Source of the DNA: Eledone cirrhosa
Taxonomy: Eukaryota
Length of the DNA stretch: 64,000 bases
NCBI GenBank assembly: GCA_964016885.1
Contig: OZ024745.1
Location: forward strand, 63,674,001 to 63,738,000
Direction: 5' to 3'
Positions 26,822-40,985 of this stretch are shown one piece after another (the stretch's first letter is position 1; each line of letters begins with the position of its first letter). Position numbers and translations under genes: made by a program. Under the pieces are notes generated by a model. That model worked only from the letters and a program-made list of their open reading frames with translations. It was not told where the DNA came from and made no database searches.

Positions 26822-27799
26822 ATATATATGCCCCTGTGGCTAATAAAGAAACATATATATATATATAAATACAAACGGCCTCCTAACCTTCGCACCTATC
26901 TGTAGCCTGCTCCAATTTATCCATAAGGCACCTATTGACATTTATCTTAATTTTTTTTTAAATAAAATATTAAAAGTTTGACGCTGTAGTTCTGTCACAT
27001 GGCACAATCATCGCTGGTCCAGGTTTCTGAGAAGCATGGTAACTGTGCTCGTCTTCAACTCAAGGTACTGTACCATACCGGATTGTTCGAGAATGTCGAG
27101 AAATTCAACTGGATAATCGACAGCTTAGACATTGTCAACAACTTTTGTCGATAGATTTGTAGATCTGGCTACCCCCAGGGTATTCATTATAACTATATAT
27201 GTGCGTCTGTGTGTGCGTGCGACTGTGTATACATACATACGTACATAGATGTATATATGCGTGTGTGTGTGTGTGTTTGTGTGTGTGTGTATTGTCAGAC
27301 AGATTGAGAGACACCACTTGTGATAGAGAGGGAAGAGATAGTGTGAGAGAAGTTGAGAGAGAAAGATAAAAAGAAATGGAGTGAGGTAGAGAGAGATAGA
27401 TATACAGAGTCAAACTATATGAATGTGTAAACCAACAAGAGTACCCACCACAGAATCACTGTGCTAGAAAGAGAAGTAAAATATCTCACCTCGCACTCCG
27501 ACCCCTCACATTCCGTTTCGAAGAAAAAGTCGACGCGAGCATGTCGGTGGGGTCAGATTAGTTGAAAACACACGACAACGTTTAATTATTACAAATTTTA
27601 TAGTGTTATTAGCGGTCAACGAACAAAGAAACTCCCTTTTTATAAGTACTATAGATAGATATATAGATATATGCCATGTGTCCTGATAACTATCTTTTTC
27701 CGTTCAGTGGATTTATATGCCCCATTATTATACTATATTATGTAGTCAATATTACGGTGGCGTTTCTATTTTTATTTCAATTATATATATATATATACA

Positions 27800-27852
<53 letters not shown>

Positions 27853-28599
27853 TATATATATATACACACATACACACACACATATAAATATATATATATA
27901 TATAAAATTGTTAAAGATAATCAGATTGTTAACACGTTTAATATAGTACACATACAGTACACATCATGAACATCATTAAATCAACTATAGAGGGGAAGGT
28001 TTAACATTAATGATATTCGTAGAAAATATGATATACAGGTATGCTTAACTAAATTAGACTAAGACACAGTATGGAAACCGTGTGGGAGACTTGGCTTTCC
28101 TCGATATCTTAAGACGTCATTCGACTAAACACAAGGTGACGTGACAACAGACTCGTAATTGGGTAGCCAATGTAAATAATCATTTAAGAATAAAGTCGAA
28201 AAAGAAAATAAAGGCTTCGCAGCGCATTCTGATCGCTCTGCTCTGTGCTGTCTATTGGCATTATACAAAGAAAAGGTTATCAAGTGCAATATGAAGACTC
28301 AGAGGAGCTGAAAGCTAAGCTACTCGTAAAACAAGGTTACCAGGTACACTCTCAGTCCATAAAAAGGGGGTTGAATGTTGTGTCAAGTTAATCCTAATAG
28401 AACATTCCTCCCAAAGTATATTCCACTGACACAATTAATAACGTTGAAACTCTATCTCACAGAAGCAAGCATAAGAAAACATATACTGTATATTATTGTA
28501 TGCTTTGGTAGGTATGGATGGTGTGGTGTGATATACAAATGACATTTATAAACCATGTATGTATGTATATATATATATATATGTAAATATATGTATAAA

Positions 28600-28630
<31 letters not shown>

Positions 28631-28631
28631 A

Positions 28632-28772
<141 letters not shown>

Positions 28773-30507
28773 ACACTATCATATATAAAGCTGGGTTAGG
28801 TTTTGTATTAGAAGCAGATACAAGCCAAAGTGCTTCACTATTTCAAGGATCCAGATCAGGGTGGATAATAATATTAATGAAACATTCATACAGCTACAGT
28901 TTTATTATCAGTTTATTAGTAACATTTTTTACTTGTCTAATAAAAGGTCACAAACTTACAGCTGAAGATTATTATCTATTATAATCGCTCGAGTATTTTT
29001 TGTTGGGGAGGAATGGTACATGCTTTATTTCTAATATTGGCAAATTATTTTATCCCGTAATCTTCCACTTTCACTAATCTGTTATTCATTTTTGCATTGG
29101 CATGCATTGTGCTAATAGGGAACAGTTGGGTATATCGACACCTGATGATAAAACTTAACGACGACACTTGGTGCACTATGAAATTTGAACTCAGAGTGAC
29201 GGAACTAAATACCAAAATAATTTTTTTCAAGTGCTTCACGAATTCTGCCAATTTGAAACTTGAGAATTTCGCATGAAAATGTGAAAAAGAAAGTTTGGCT
29301 TTACATCATAAGCGATTCAATATATATAACTGGTCCTAAGCGGCGAATTTGCGAGTCGGATAAAATACCTCAGTATTCGTTTCAACGCTCTAAATTCAAA
29401 TCTGGCCATGTCAACTTTGCATTACATTCTTCTAGGGTAGTAAAATATCATACCAATCTACTAGATTGGTACGATATTTTATCAATGCTAGAAGAATGTT
29501 AAATAATTATTTAACGGTCGGATGGATTATCACACCTGTGTTGTTGCTGCCAGCTGCAAATTCTACTCCTTTCTGCTAAAGATTGGGACCGGCCGATTAT
29601 ATCAACAATTAAAAGACATTGTTTCCCGTAGAAAAAATAATAGCGACACGTGTTTTAGCCAACATATTGACTTGATATTAGATGTGATCTATCAAATTGT
29701 TTAAGACCACCTAGCAAAAATTCAAGCTCACAAGTTTAAGACATTAAGTATTCTACTGCATAGTGTTGCTCTCAACAGTCGCCAACATACTGGAAAAACA
29801 TACTACCGAAATAGATTACATTTCTTCAAAGGAAATTGACCGCCTATCACTCGATTATTTTGTCGGTATCAAGAAGTGGGAAATCGTCATGTCCTCCTCA
29901 GAACTAAGAATCAGTTCTTTTTCTGGCATAATTCTAACGGTGTGATATCTTTTATAACACCAATTGTTTACAGAGTGTACTTGGAGCAGTTTATCGCCGC
30001 ACTAAAATGAAGAGGGTTTATATAGTGTTCGTGATGAAGAAGCCCTCGCCACATTTTTCCACATGTTTCTAACGGCTAGATGCTCTTCCTAACACTAACC
30101 ACGATAAAACTTGTTCTAGAATTATATCATCGTGGCTTCAGCATTATGAAGATTGACGGACATTAATCTGACTAAAGTTACCTGGCCATGCCGTGGAGAA
30201 AGGGTGCCTTCTTCCAGGAAGTCATGTTTGGTGAAGAGAAGGGGATAGGTTTGTTAAGATTAACGACGTGTATACAGTGGAATAAAGGGCGATGAGAAAT
30301 GAAGAAAATGTATGTATGTGTGTGTGTGTATTTGTGTAGTGTGTCTGTGTGTTAATAAAGAGTGTGAGAAATACAGAGGAAGTAAGTGCAGGAAGATATC
30401 TATCAATCCATCAATAACCATTTGTGCATTGCACATTATCAAATAAATTCCAGTTTTTATTTCGCGCAGAGCAGTTTCAAAAGAATAATATGTGTATATC
30501 TATACAC

Positions 30508-30543
<36 letters not shown>

Positions 30544-30828
30544 GAAAGAATTTTATGTTCTGATTCCACAATATCTATAAGTATATTTTCAAAAGCCCTC
30601 CGATCTCATGAAAACTGAAATTGATTTGATATTGTGCAACGCATAAACGATTAATGAAATAGATCTTATATATATATAATAAATATATATGTGTGTGTGT
30701 GCGTGCGTGTGTATCTGTGTCTGTGTGCGTATGTACCTGTGTGTGTGTATGTGTAACATATATATATATATGTATATAGCGTGAATAAAAATAACCAGGA
30801 TTAAATTACATTAAATTATTTATTTGAT

Positions 30829-30892
30829 TTACGAACGTTTCAATCAATACAATAGAAAAATATATTTGAACTGTATTGCTTTCATCAGTATT
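30829..30892 (-). ncRNA. Degenerate hammerhead motif
   Basis: CTGATGA aag caataca..tgtattg att GAAAC gttc GTA. The core and stem II are good but stem I does not pair. It lies about 60 nt from a TA tract. Confidence 0.4.
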
Positions 30893-31320
30893 TATTAAAC
30901 AACATCAATAAGATTATTGTTTACCAAATATAGACCTACCAACCTCTACAAACGCAGGCGTGGACTATCCGGAGAAAAAGTGCCCAAAACGGCAAGAAAT
31001 TAGGTAAAATGGGGACATTTTCACAAACAGAAGACACCTCTCACCCACCACAACGTGGGTGGGAGATCTCCCCGACGGACCGGGAGAGTTGACAGGTCTG
31101 CAACTATATGTTCGGACATTTCAATTGCGAAAAACGTAAACAAAATTAAAATACAGTTATGAAAACGTTAAAATTTATGGAAGACTAAATACGCAATTAA
31201 AATTCATTAGTAATAAAGATATAACGTATAGTAACTAAAATAAAACGTATTTTGCTTGTCTATTACAAAATAATGCACATATACTACACAGTAAAATAAT
31301 GTTAGATGAATACAACTAAA

Positions 31321-31765
31321 GCTTATAAGATTAATAATTGTTTCTACCTTTGGCACAAGGCCAGCAATTACCCAATGTATTACTGGTACTTTATTTTATC
31401 GACCCCGTAAGGATGAAAGGCAAAGTTAACCTCGGCGGGATTTGAACTCAGACTATAAAGGGCCTTAACACTTTGCTGCAAAGCATGGCGTCCGAACCTC
31501 TACCGATACTGCCAATCCACCGCCCTTAGCCAATCCACCGCCGCTTATAAGATTAATAATTGTTTCTACTTTAGGCACAAGGCCAGCAATTATCCAGTAC
31601 ATTACTAGTACTTTATTTTATCGACTCCGTAAGGATGAAAGGCAAAGTTAACCTCGGTGGGATTTGAACTCAGATCATAAAGGGACGTAACTCTATGCGA
31701 GAAAGCATGGCGTCCAACCCTCTACCGATACTGCCAAACAACCACCCTATTATAACATTAATAAT
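31321..31765 (-). mobile_element. Two head-to-tail SINE copies
   Basis: Copies at ~31336-31528 and ~31558-31748. The flank ttataa(g/c)attaataa occurs three times (31323, 31545, 31750). Confidence 0.9.
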
Positions 31766-32082
31766 GTTCATTAATTAATAACTATTATAAAATTAACATT
31801 AAAAGAATATATTAAGAACAATGTCTAGTTACTAAGAAACTGATAACTTAAAACATATCAATACAGGAGAACCTTTTAAGAATAAGAAGTTAAGTGTAAA
31901 GTAAATACAGAAATATATACATATATATATATATATATATGTGTGGGAATGTACATATATATATACAAACATATATAATTAGATAGTGAAAATAGTGCCA
32001 GTGTTGTATTTTGGCTAAGTAAATTAGCCTAATAAATTTGGAGTTATACAACCCCACAGAAATGGAAAAAATGAATGAGCAT

Positions 32083-32153
32083 TAGCGTACATGGGACACG
32101 AACCCACTTCTCTGGCTACTATAGCCAGTGTGTTACCATTACACTAGTACGCC
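32083..32153 (-). tRNA. tRNA-like cloverleaf (pseudo-tRNA or SINE head; nominal anticodon TAG)
   Basis: GGCGTAC TA GTGT AATGGTA ACAC A CTGGC TATAGTA GCCAG AGAA GTGGG TTCGTGT CCCAT GTACGCT A. All four stems pair, but U33, R37 and A58 are absent. A T6 run follows about 12 nt downstream. Confidence 0.6.
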
Positions 32154-32273
32154 ACACACACACACACACACACATTAAATTTTGAAGCTATATAATCATA
32201 GTGTATGAATACATATATATATATATATGATACAGAGCTTTTTCAGCTGTTGTATATGAATATATATATTTAT

Positions 32274-32358
<85 letters not shown>

Positions 32359-32361
32359 TAC

Positions 32362-32403
<42 letters not shown>

Positions 32404-32640
32404 GGAGAGATATAAATAAATATATATATATATATAGTATTAGTTATACTACTTATGGTTATGTAAACACAAAACCTTAAGCAGTTGTAAGTATTTTACA
32501 CACACCCTAAATAGTGGTAGGCAGTAATGTATTACTACCTTATTACCAGTAAGTTAAGTAGCTCAATGTAAAAACATCAGATGATTTACAGAGCAGTTAT
32601 ATGAAATATAAGAATCAAAGAACTGTTCAAAACATTATTG

Positions 32641-32687
32641 TGCTTACAGCTGTTTCCTCCAAACCGAGGTTTGGATTCTTCGGAGCA
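32641..32687 (-). ncRNA. Hammerhead motif, U4C variant
   Basis: Mirror copy of 33876-33922. Confidence 0.6.
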
Positions 32688-33875
32688 ATTTATTAATGCA
32701 TGGACAGTTATATGACCTCCTTTTCAGCCGAGAGACATACCAATACATATTCAAACATTGATACATATTCAAACATTGTGGGTCAACATTCATTACAGAA
32801 TTTAGAGTGGCAGTACACACTTCGAGATTACATTTATATTAATAGGTACAATCAAAAATCAAAGATATAGGTTAAAGTACAACATGAAGATAAGTGGTTA
32901 TATAGTGCAAATGTTATATGTGTGGCACGCATGTGCGTCTTGTTTATATAGTGTGGCAGAGAGATATGTGTGGTAGAGGCACTTAGGTAGGTAAATAAGA
33001 GTGTTAGGTTGGTAGATCTGGTGGCAAAGTCTTTATATGATTGATATAGTCTGTGTGTGGAGAAATATTATAAGCATTAAAGATAGTGCAAGCATTAAAA
33101 GTGTTATAAGTATTGGAGATGCACAGCGCAGGGATGTCAAGTAATTCATGTACTTCGGTATTTTCATGGTCAAGGGAGTGTATATTTCGATTATATGCCT
33201 TTCACATAATCCAGGACAATCCAGTTAGAGGACAATCCAGTTAGAGATCGTAGTCTGGTGTTCTTTAGTTCAATGGCGTCTCTCGAAACGTAACACCCTC
33301 CTGTATCGAACTAAAGAACACCAGACTACGATCTCTAACTGGATTGTCCTGGATTATGTGAAAGGCATATAATCGAAATATACACTCCCTTGACCATGAA
33401 AATACCGAAGTACATGAATTACTTGACATCCCTGCGCTGTGCATCTCCAATACTTATAACACTTTTAATGCTTGCACTATCTTTAATGCTTATAATATTT
33501 CTCCACACACAGACTATATCAATCATATAAAGACTTTGCCACCAGATCTACCAACCTAACACTCTTATTTACCTACCTAAGTGCCTCTACCACACATATC
33601 TCTCTGCCACACTATATAAACAAGACGCACATGCGTGCCACACATATAACATTTGCACTATATAACCACTTATCTTCATGTTGTACTTTAACCTATATCT
33701 TTGATTTTTGATTGTACCTATTAATATAAATGTAATCTCGAAGTGTGTACTGCCACTCTAAATTCTGTAATGAATGTTGACCCACAATGTTTGAATATGT
33801 ATCAATGTTTGAATATGTATTGGTATGTCTCTCGGCTGAAAAGGAGGTCATATAACTGTCCATGCATTAATAAAT

Positions 33876-33922
33876 TGCTCCGAAGAATCCAAACCTCGGT
33901 TTGGAGGAAACAGCTGTAAGCA
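33876..33922 (+). ncRNA. Hammerhead motif, U4C variant
   Basis: tgct CCGAAGA a-tccaaacc tc ggtttgga-g GAAAC agct GTA agca. Stems I-III all pair and stem III is palindromic (ACAGCTGT). Confidence 0.6.
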
Positions 33923-33953
33923 CAATAATGTTTTGAACAGTTCTTTGATTCTT

Positions 33954-35243
<1,290 letters not shown>

Positions 35244-36417
35244 AAATAGCAATTGTGTATACCATTTATGTCAATACTTCAGTGCTGCTTCGAAAACTAT
35301 ACTTTTACAAAATCATCGGCTTTTTCAAAAAGGGGGTTCCTGTCCCCAGGGGTCCCCTACCCAATATGTGCCAATTCTGAGAGTCCACATTCATCTGTAG
35401 GACAAACGTAGCCCATGTGTCAAGTTTTGTGAAAATCGGTTGCGAACTCCAGAAGTTATGACGTTTTGTTGCATTGCACTGCAGTGCTTCAGTCGACTCC
35501 AAGGAAGTGGTTAAAGTGGTTAAAGGGGTTATCTGCCGGGGTGGTGGTGGCTATAATCAATATCTGGAAAAATAACAGTACCCATGACCATCCGGAGTAC
35601 ATAAGTAACCTATGTCTTAAGTTTGGTGAAAATACTGTAGAAATGCATAAGGTTTATACATACGCGCGTGCGTTCATGTGTGTGCGTGTGTGTTTGTGTG
35701 TGTGTGGGGGGGGGGGTATGTATTTGTGTGCGCGTATGTATGTGTATGTCCGTCGGGGCATACGTATGTACTGGCCTAAATCTTCACTATAACTTTTACT
35801 ATTTTAATAACCTCTGTCATTTTCGTTTTCAATTTTATTTACATCATTCTTAAACTCCGGGGCTGGAAATCATTCTGTTATTTTAAATAGAATATTAGTC
35901 TAACGACTCCATTTATACCATAAACTTGGTCTTGTCTTTGCATGAAATTGTTCTTCACGCTCCACATAACGACGTATTATCCTCGCTTTTTTCCCGTTCA
36001 TTGCCAGGGAACGTCTTCATGAACCAAAATATCGTCTTCCTGTTTTTGTTCGGCTGCAACGTTTCTCGAAATAATTACTTCTGCGTTCACAGACTACTCT
36101 CAGTTCAATTTGAATGGGAAATTCCTGTTTCATCGATTTTCTCCGTAACCATGGAAGATTGTAGCTTGAAAGTCAACCCAACGCCCTCTCCGGTCATTCT
36201 GCATAACTGTGTAAATTTTCGCTCTATTCCACCAAGCCGTTTCGATGTTTATCCGACTACACCTACATATACAACGTCCGACCACCTCCAATTTATATAG
36301 TAGATTTGTTTACATATGAATGACAAAAAGAAGAGTACAAAACTATACATGAATTGTTTCTACTAAACCTTCAATTTAAGACACAACCTACATATTTGAT
36401 AGGACTCCAGCTCACTT

Positions 36418-36555
36418 ATTCTTCTTCTTCTTCTGGAACATTGGGCTGCGAGCCACCCCACACAACGCCATGTTCTGAGTCTGCTTTTCAACTCCACCGT
36501 GATGCACGGTGCCTCATGGTGTATCTAACCATTTTTTTAGGTCTTACTACGGCTG
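36418..36555 (-). mobile_element. RTE-like LINE extreme 3' end with (GAA)n tail
   Basis: Minus strand shows an RPKK-W-LD remnant and ends ccagaagaagaagaa. Confidence 0.45.
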
Positions 36556-37163
36556 ATTTCTTCCAGAGAGAAAAAAAGAGATGGAAAAATGCAGAGAAGA
36601 TTCATCCCCGGAGGAATAATAAAAAATGTTTACACTGCACATTTCATTTTTTCTAAGCTAAAGCTGCCGATCCAAAATCAGTAATTCAACTCCCTGAAAA
36701 CTTTCAAATACATGCTGTTCTAGCATGACTATTATGCTAAGGATAAGCTGTCCACAAAGTAAGATTTACTTGCATATCCCCGCTCATAAAAACACATAAA
36801 TACATGCATACATACATTACAGTTGATATTTTTTTTATTAAAGCGTTTTCATATTATATATATATATATATATATAGTGACAAAACATAAGTCAATTGCA
36901 TGAACTCATAATCCTTTATTTACTGCTTTATTTGTATGAAATTGTAAATAAGACAAAAGTATTAGAACAGGATAGTTTTGGGGCCCCAGGGACCACATTT
37001 TTCAAGTTAGAGATTTGAAACCTCGTCTATTTGCTTCCTTGGCACTTTTTACATAGGTGTGTAAATTTTCATGTTAGTCCGATGACGTCTACTACTATTT
37101 AACAATGCACATCTGAATTTCAACCACTACCCATTTCACAAATATATATTAGATATATATATA

Positions 37164-37354
37164 TAGGAACAAGTATGACCCCGACGGCAGAGCTCAGGCT
37201 GTTTCGACGGCTATTTCAGTCCAGAAATAGCCGTCGAAACGGCTTGAGCTCTGCAGTCGGGGTCATACTTGTTCCTATTACCCACTCTACTACGCTAAGT
37301 ATTGAGTACTTTGGTGCGTTATGGTCCATCTTGTTCCTTACCACAATTCCTTCG

Positions 37355-37356
<2 letters not shown>
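37164..37356 (+). mobile_element. Family A fold-back copy
   Basis: Arms centred on ctatttc-agtcca-gaaatag, with (TA)n flanks. Confidence 0.85.
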
Positions 37357-37442
<86 letters not shown>

Positions 37443-37674
37443 AACGTATGAAACAATCACAGGGAATGATTTGTAAAAGTGTGTAAGCACACATAGCTAG
37501 GTAGGTAACTAATTAAAGTTTAACTAGAACTTCAAAAATAGATACCTTATAAATTGATTAATCTTCCTTGTATATATTTCATTCAAGAAATATATTTCAC
37601 CATTAATCGGTCGGTAAACCACAGTAGCCAACTCCCGTATATATATACATATATACATGTATATATGAAATCTT

Positions 37675-37723
37675 GCTTCCTGAAGATTTCATCTGAATGA
37701 AACAGTACTAGTCCTGTAGAAGC
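37675..37723 (+). ncRNA. Type-I hammerhead ribozyme motif
   Basis: gcttc CTGAAGA t-ttc atct gaa-t GAAAC ag tactagtc ct GTA gaagc. Stem I is 5 bp and stem III is near-palindromic. It lies about 90 nt before (TA)n. Confidence 0.75.
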
Positions 37724-37810
37724 TCCTTCTATAAAATAAAAAAAAGTTACTCTGCCATGTATTGAGTACCTTACTTACTGTGGTTATCCCCGACTCAACC
37801 CGGGACCTAC

Positions 37811-37905
<95 letters not shown>

Positions 37906-37918
37906 CATATATATATAC

Positions 37919-37958
<40 letters not shown>

Positions 37959-37959
<1 letters not shown>

Positions 37960-38076
37960 ACGAAGGAAATGTGGTAAGGAACCAGGTGGACCATAACGCA
38001 CCAAAGTACTCAATACTTGAGGTAGTAGAGTGGGTAATAGGAACCAGTAAGACCCCTTACTGGTCTTACTGGTTCC
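37959..38076 (-). mobile_element. Family A copy with short fold-back
   Basis: ggaaccagtaagacc-ccttact-ggtcttactggttcc, with (TA)n flanks. Confidence 0.85.
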
Positions 38077-38112
<36 letters not shown>

Positions 38113-38895
38113 TAAATATATTCATGTGGGCTGAAGGATTCTCTTGCTATAAAATGAATCCATGTTTTTCTGTGTTTTTCTTTTTACATGCAGTTTTGGC
38201 AGTGTAACAATCCCATTTCGAAATTGTAATGTCTAAAGGTTATATATTTGAGTATTTGAATTGCAGGAAGATAATGAGTAGAGGGTGGTTGTACAACATT
38301 CTTACAAAGTCAAAACAAACAAACATTCAGCTGCTGCGAAAGCACGCTATTCTTTATTTATGAAACTCACCTTCATCTAACACGACAATGTATTCTAATA
38401 CTTGACCAAAAAGAAGTTGCCTAATATTGCTTCCTAGATTCATAAATAGAAACAGGAATGCATTTGTGTGAATAAGAATGACTGGCATCCAGAGACAAAA
38501 GTAACCGAAGTGTTGTGAATTAGCACCAACGAGAATTGAAACTATGTCTTGGAGCTCGATCCTTTCATGCTGTATCCTATGAAATTTTCCACATTAATAT
38601 TGTTAGATTTTGACACTTTTGACCTATTTGTATAAAGTAGTTAAATTAGATTGATGTGTGATATTCTCATCTTTCTCGAGGATATTACGAAGATAAGTGA
38701 AGTGACATGACTTCAAACGTTCAATGAAACAGTTGCTCTCTAATTCGGCTGGCCTTCCCGTCCCCATCTAAACACTAGTCACACAAAATGTCAAGAATTA
38801 TGCACCACCCTAACCCTCACCTTACAAAATATATGAGTATAAATTTTGGAATAGAGTGTATTAACATTATTTAGAAGAAAAGAATCCAAACCACC

Positions 38896-38927
<32 letters not shown>

Positions 38928-39057
38928 TTGGCTGTCTGTATGTGTTATCATACACACACACATACACATATATATGTATATACACGCATAGCTGTACGTA
39001 AAATAATAATATGTATTGCTAGATTGCCTTATTCTTGCAATACCAATTGTTTTGTAG

Positions 39058-39237
39058 ACTTTAACTAATACGTCTATCTTATCATATCCGCTAGAGAAAA
39101 TAACGAAGGAGGAAATTATGGCTGTTAAGCTGGAGATTATATCCTCATCTAACTGTGATATATCCAACGAAGCTGCAGAGGCACTGGCAAGGGAGAACTT
39201 CAGCGAAATGCTCGTAGGATTAACCAAACAAATGACA
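39058..39237 (+). CDS. Candidate internal exon, unknown protein
   Basis: ttgttttgtag| 180 nt open (TLTNTSILSYPLEKITKEEIMAVKLEIISSSNCDISNEAAEALARENFSEMLVGLTKQMT) |gtaaga. Non-repetitive composition. Confidence 0.45.
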
Positions 39238-40125
39238 GTAAGAATTAAAACTAACCCGGTTCAAATTTTAATTTATCTAAATATCCTCGTAAATATAATT
39301 AAAATCTTCCTGTCTATCATCCACAACGCATATAAGTATCTTATGGTTTCTAATTCACATAACATTTTGTATAGCTATTCCTGCCTCTATATCATTGTAT
39401 CCCACTTTAACCCATAAACAACAGGTTTATGGTGTAACGTGCAAAAGGCATTAAACCTGTTTGCCAGCACCGAATCATGACTATTTTTCTATGGGTATCT
39501 CATGTCCCGCAAATATTGGGAATGATAAAACAGAATGACTATCACATCACGGAAATGTGTAGGCTTAACAAACAATAAGACTAAAAGGAGATACGCACTA
39601 CTTAAGATGCAAGAATATGAATACATCTATCTCACTGCTATGTTACTCTTGTAGCAAATGACTTCTGCAATATCACTTAGTGCATTATTGGGAGAACACC
39701 TTATACACATGGAAATCGCAGCTATTAGTTCAGCCCCATGGACATATTGCAGTATCTTGCAATATCTAATACAGAAAAACTAATATGTCGCTGCGTTGCC
39801 ATAATTGAAACTTTCTGTTAAATAATTTAAAGCCAGTGACACCGAATATACCGCAAAGAGCACCTTAGTTCTAGCTGATCCGTGTGTCTATGCAAGTTAG
39901 ATAAATTTTCTACTGCTTGCACTATCACAACTCACGATCGACAGACACATGCAAGCAAGTAATATGGGACCACTGTCGATTCTATATACATGGATGTGCA
40001 TATCGCAAAATTGTGGTTTGTTTTTATTAAACTGCTATCTACCACAGGTGACAGAGCGAATGATGTCGTTCGGTTTTTCATGTTACCACTTGGTATAACG
40101 AACAAAATATTTTTTTTTTTACCAG

Positions 40126-40217
40126 TCAACTCGAAAGCCAGCCATATATTTGCTCTACGTTACTTCGGTCCTGGCTCATGTGATGAATTCGACGTACTTG
40201 TTTACATCTATAAAACC
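40126..40217 (+). CDS. Candidate exon, unknown protein
   Basis: Poly-T accag| NSKASHIFALRYFGPGSCDEFDVLVYIYKT |gttaga. Confidence 0.3.
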
Positions 40218-40647
40218 GTTAGAAAATACTATAACTGTTACTATATGCACGTACACACACTCACACAGTTACTCTGACAGGCCAAATAGGAAAGTTTTAA
40301 TTAGCAGATTTTATTGTTACCTGACGGCTCCCCACCTGGAGTCCATTAATGATAATGCTGCACGCTGATCAAGAAAATAACAACAATATTGTTTTTCTTA
40401 CTTTGTGTAAGAAATTGATATTTACACCACCATTTATTCTTTACAGAATAAAAGCTAGAATGCAATAAACAATAACAACGATGAACCAAAAGAAAAAAAG
40501 AAAAAAACTTGAGCATTATCAAGGCACAGTTCAAAATAACACTTGGAATTTTTTTAAAGGAATTATGAATAACAACAGCAGCTACAGTCGCAGCAGCAAT
40601 ATATATGTGAAGTTTGACTGAATAAAGTTAATTTTCAATTTGGTAAT

Positions 40648-40985
40648 TCTTCTTCTTCTTCTTCTTCTTCTTCTTCTTCTCTCTCGTGAGAGTGTCATAA
40701 GGGGTAGGGTCCCCATAAACTCTTCCCAGCGAGACCTATCAGAAGCAACCGTCTTCATTTGATCTGGCTGGATTCCCAAGCGAAGCAAGCCGAGCTTAAG
40801 GATGTTAACCAACCATCTTGATCTAGGTCTACTCCCGGTTCTTCTGCCGGTTTGTTTTGCCCGTAAAATCTCTCCATCAATTCTTCCCTGAGACATCCTA
40901 GTCCGTAATATTGGAGCTGTAACCTCTCAATTGGCTGCACAGCCGACCAAATATTCCCACTGTGGCAGGACGTGCGAATACCTGA
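40648..40985 (-). mobile_element. RTE-like LINE 3' end with (GAA)n tail
   Basis: IERLQLQYYG..; GRRTGSRPRSRWL..VASDRSRW; followed by about 11 GAA units. Confidence 0.8.

Noticed and set aside
35300-35660. Possible HINE/MITE-type repeat (aagttttgtgaaaatcgg motif)
   Set aside because: No termini or second full copy could be defined.
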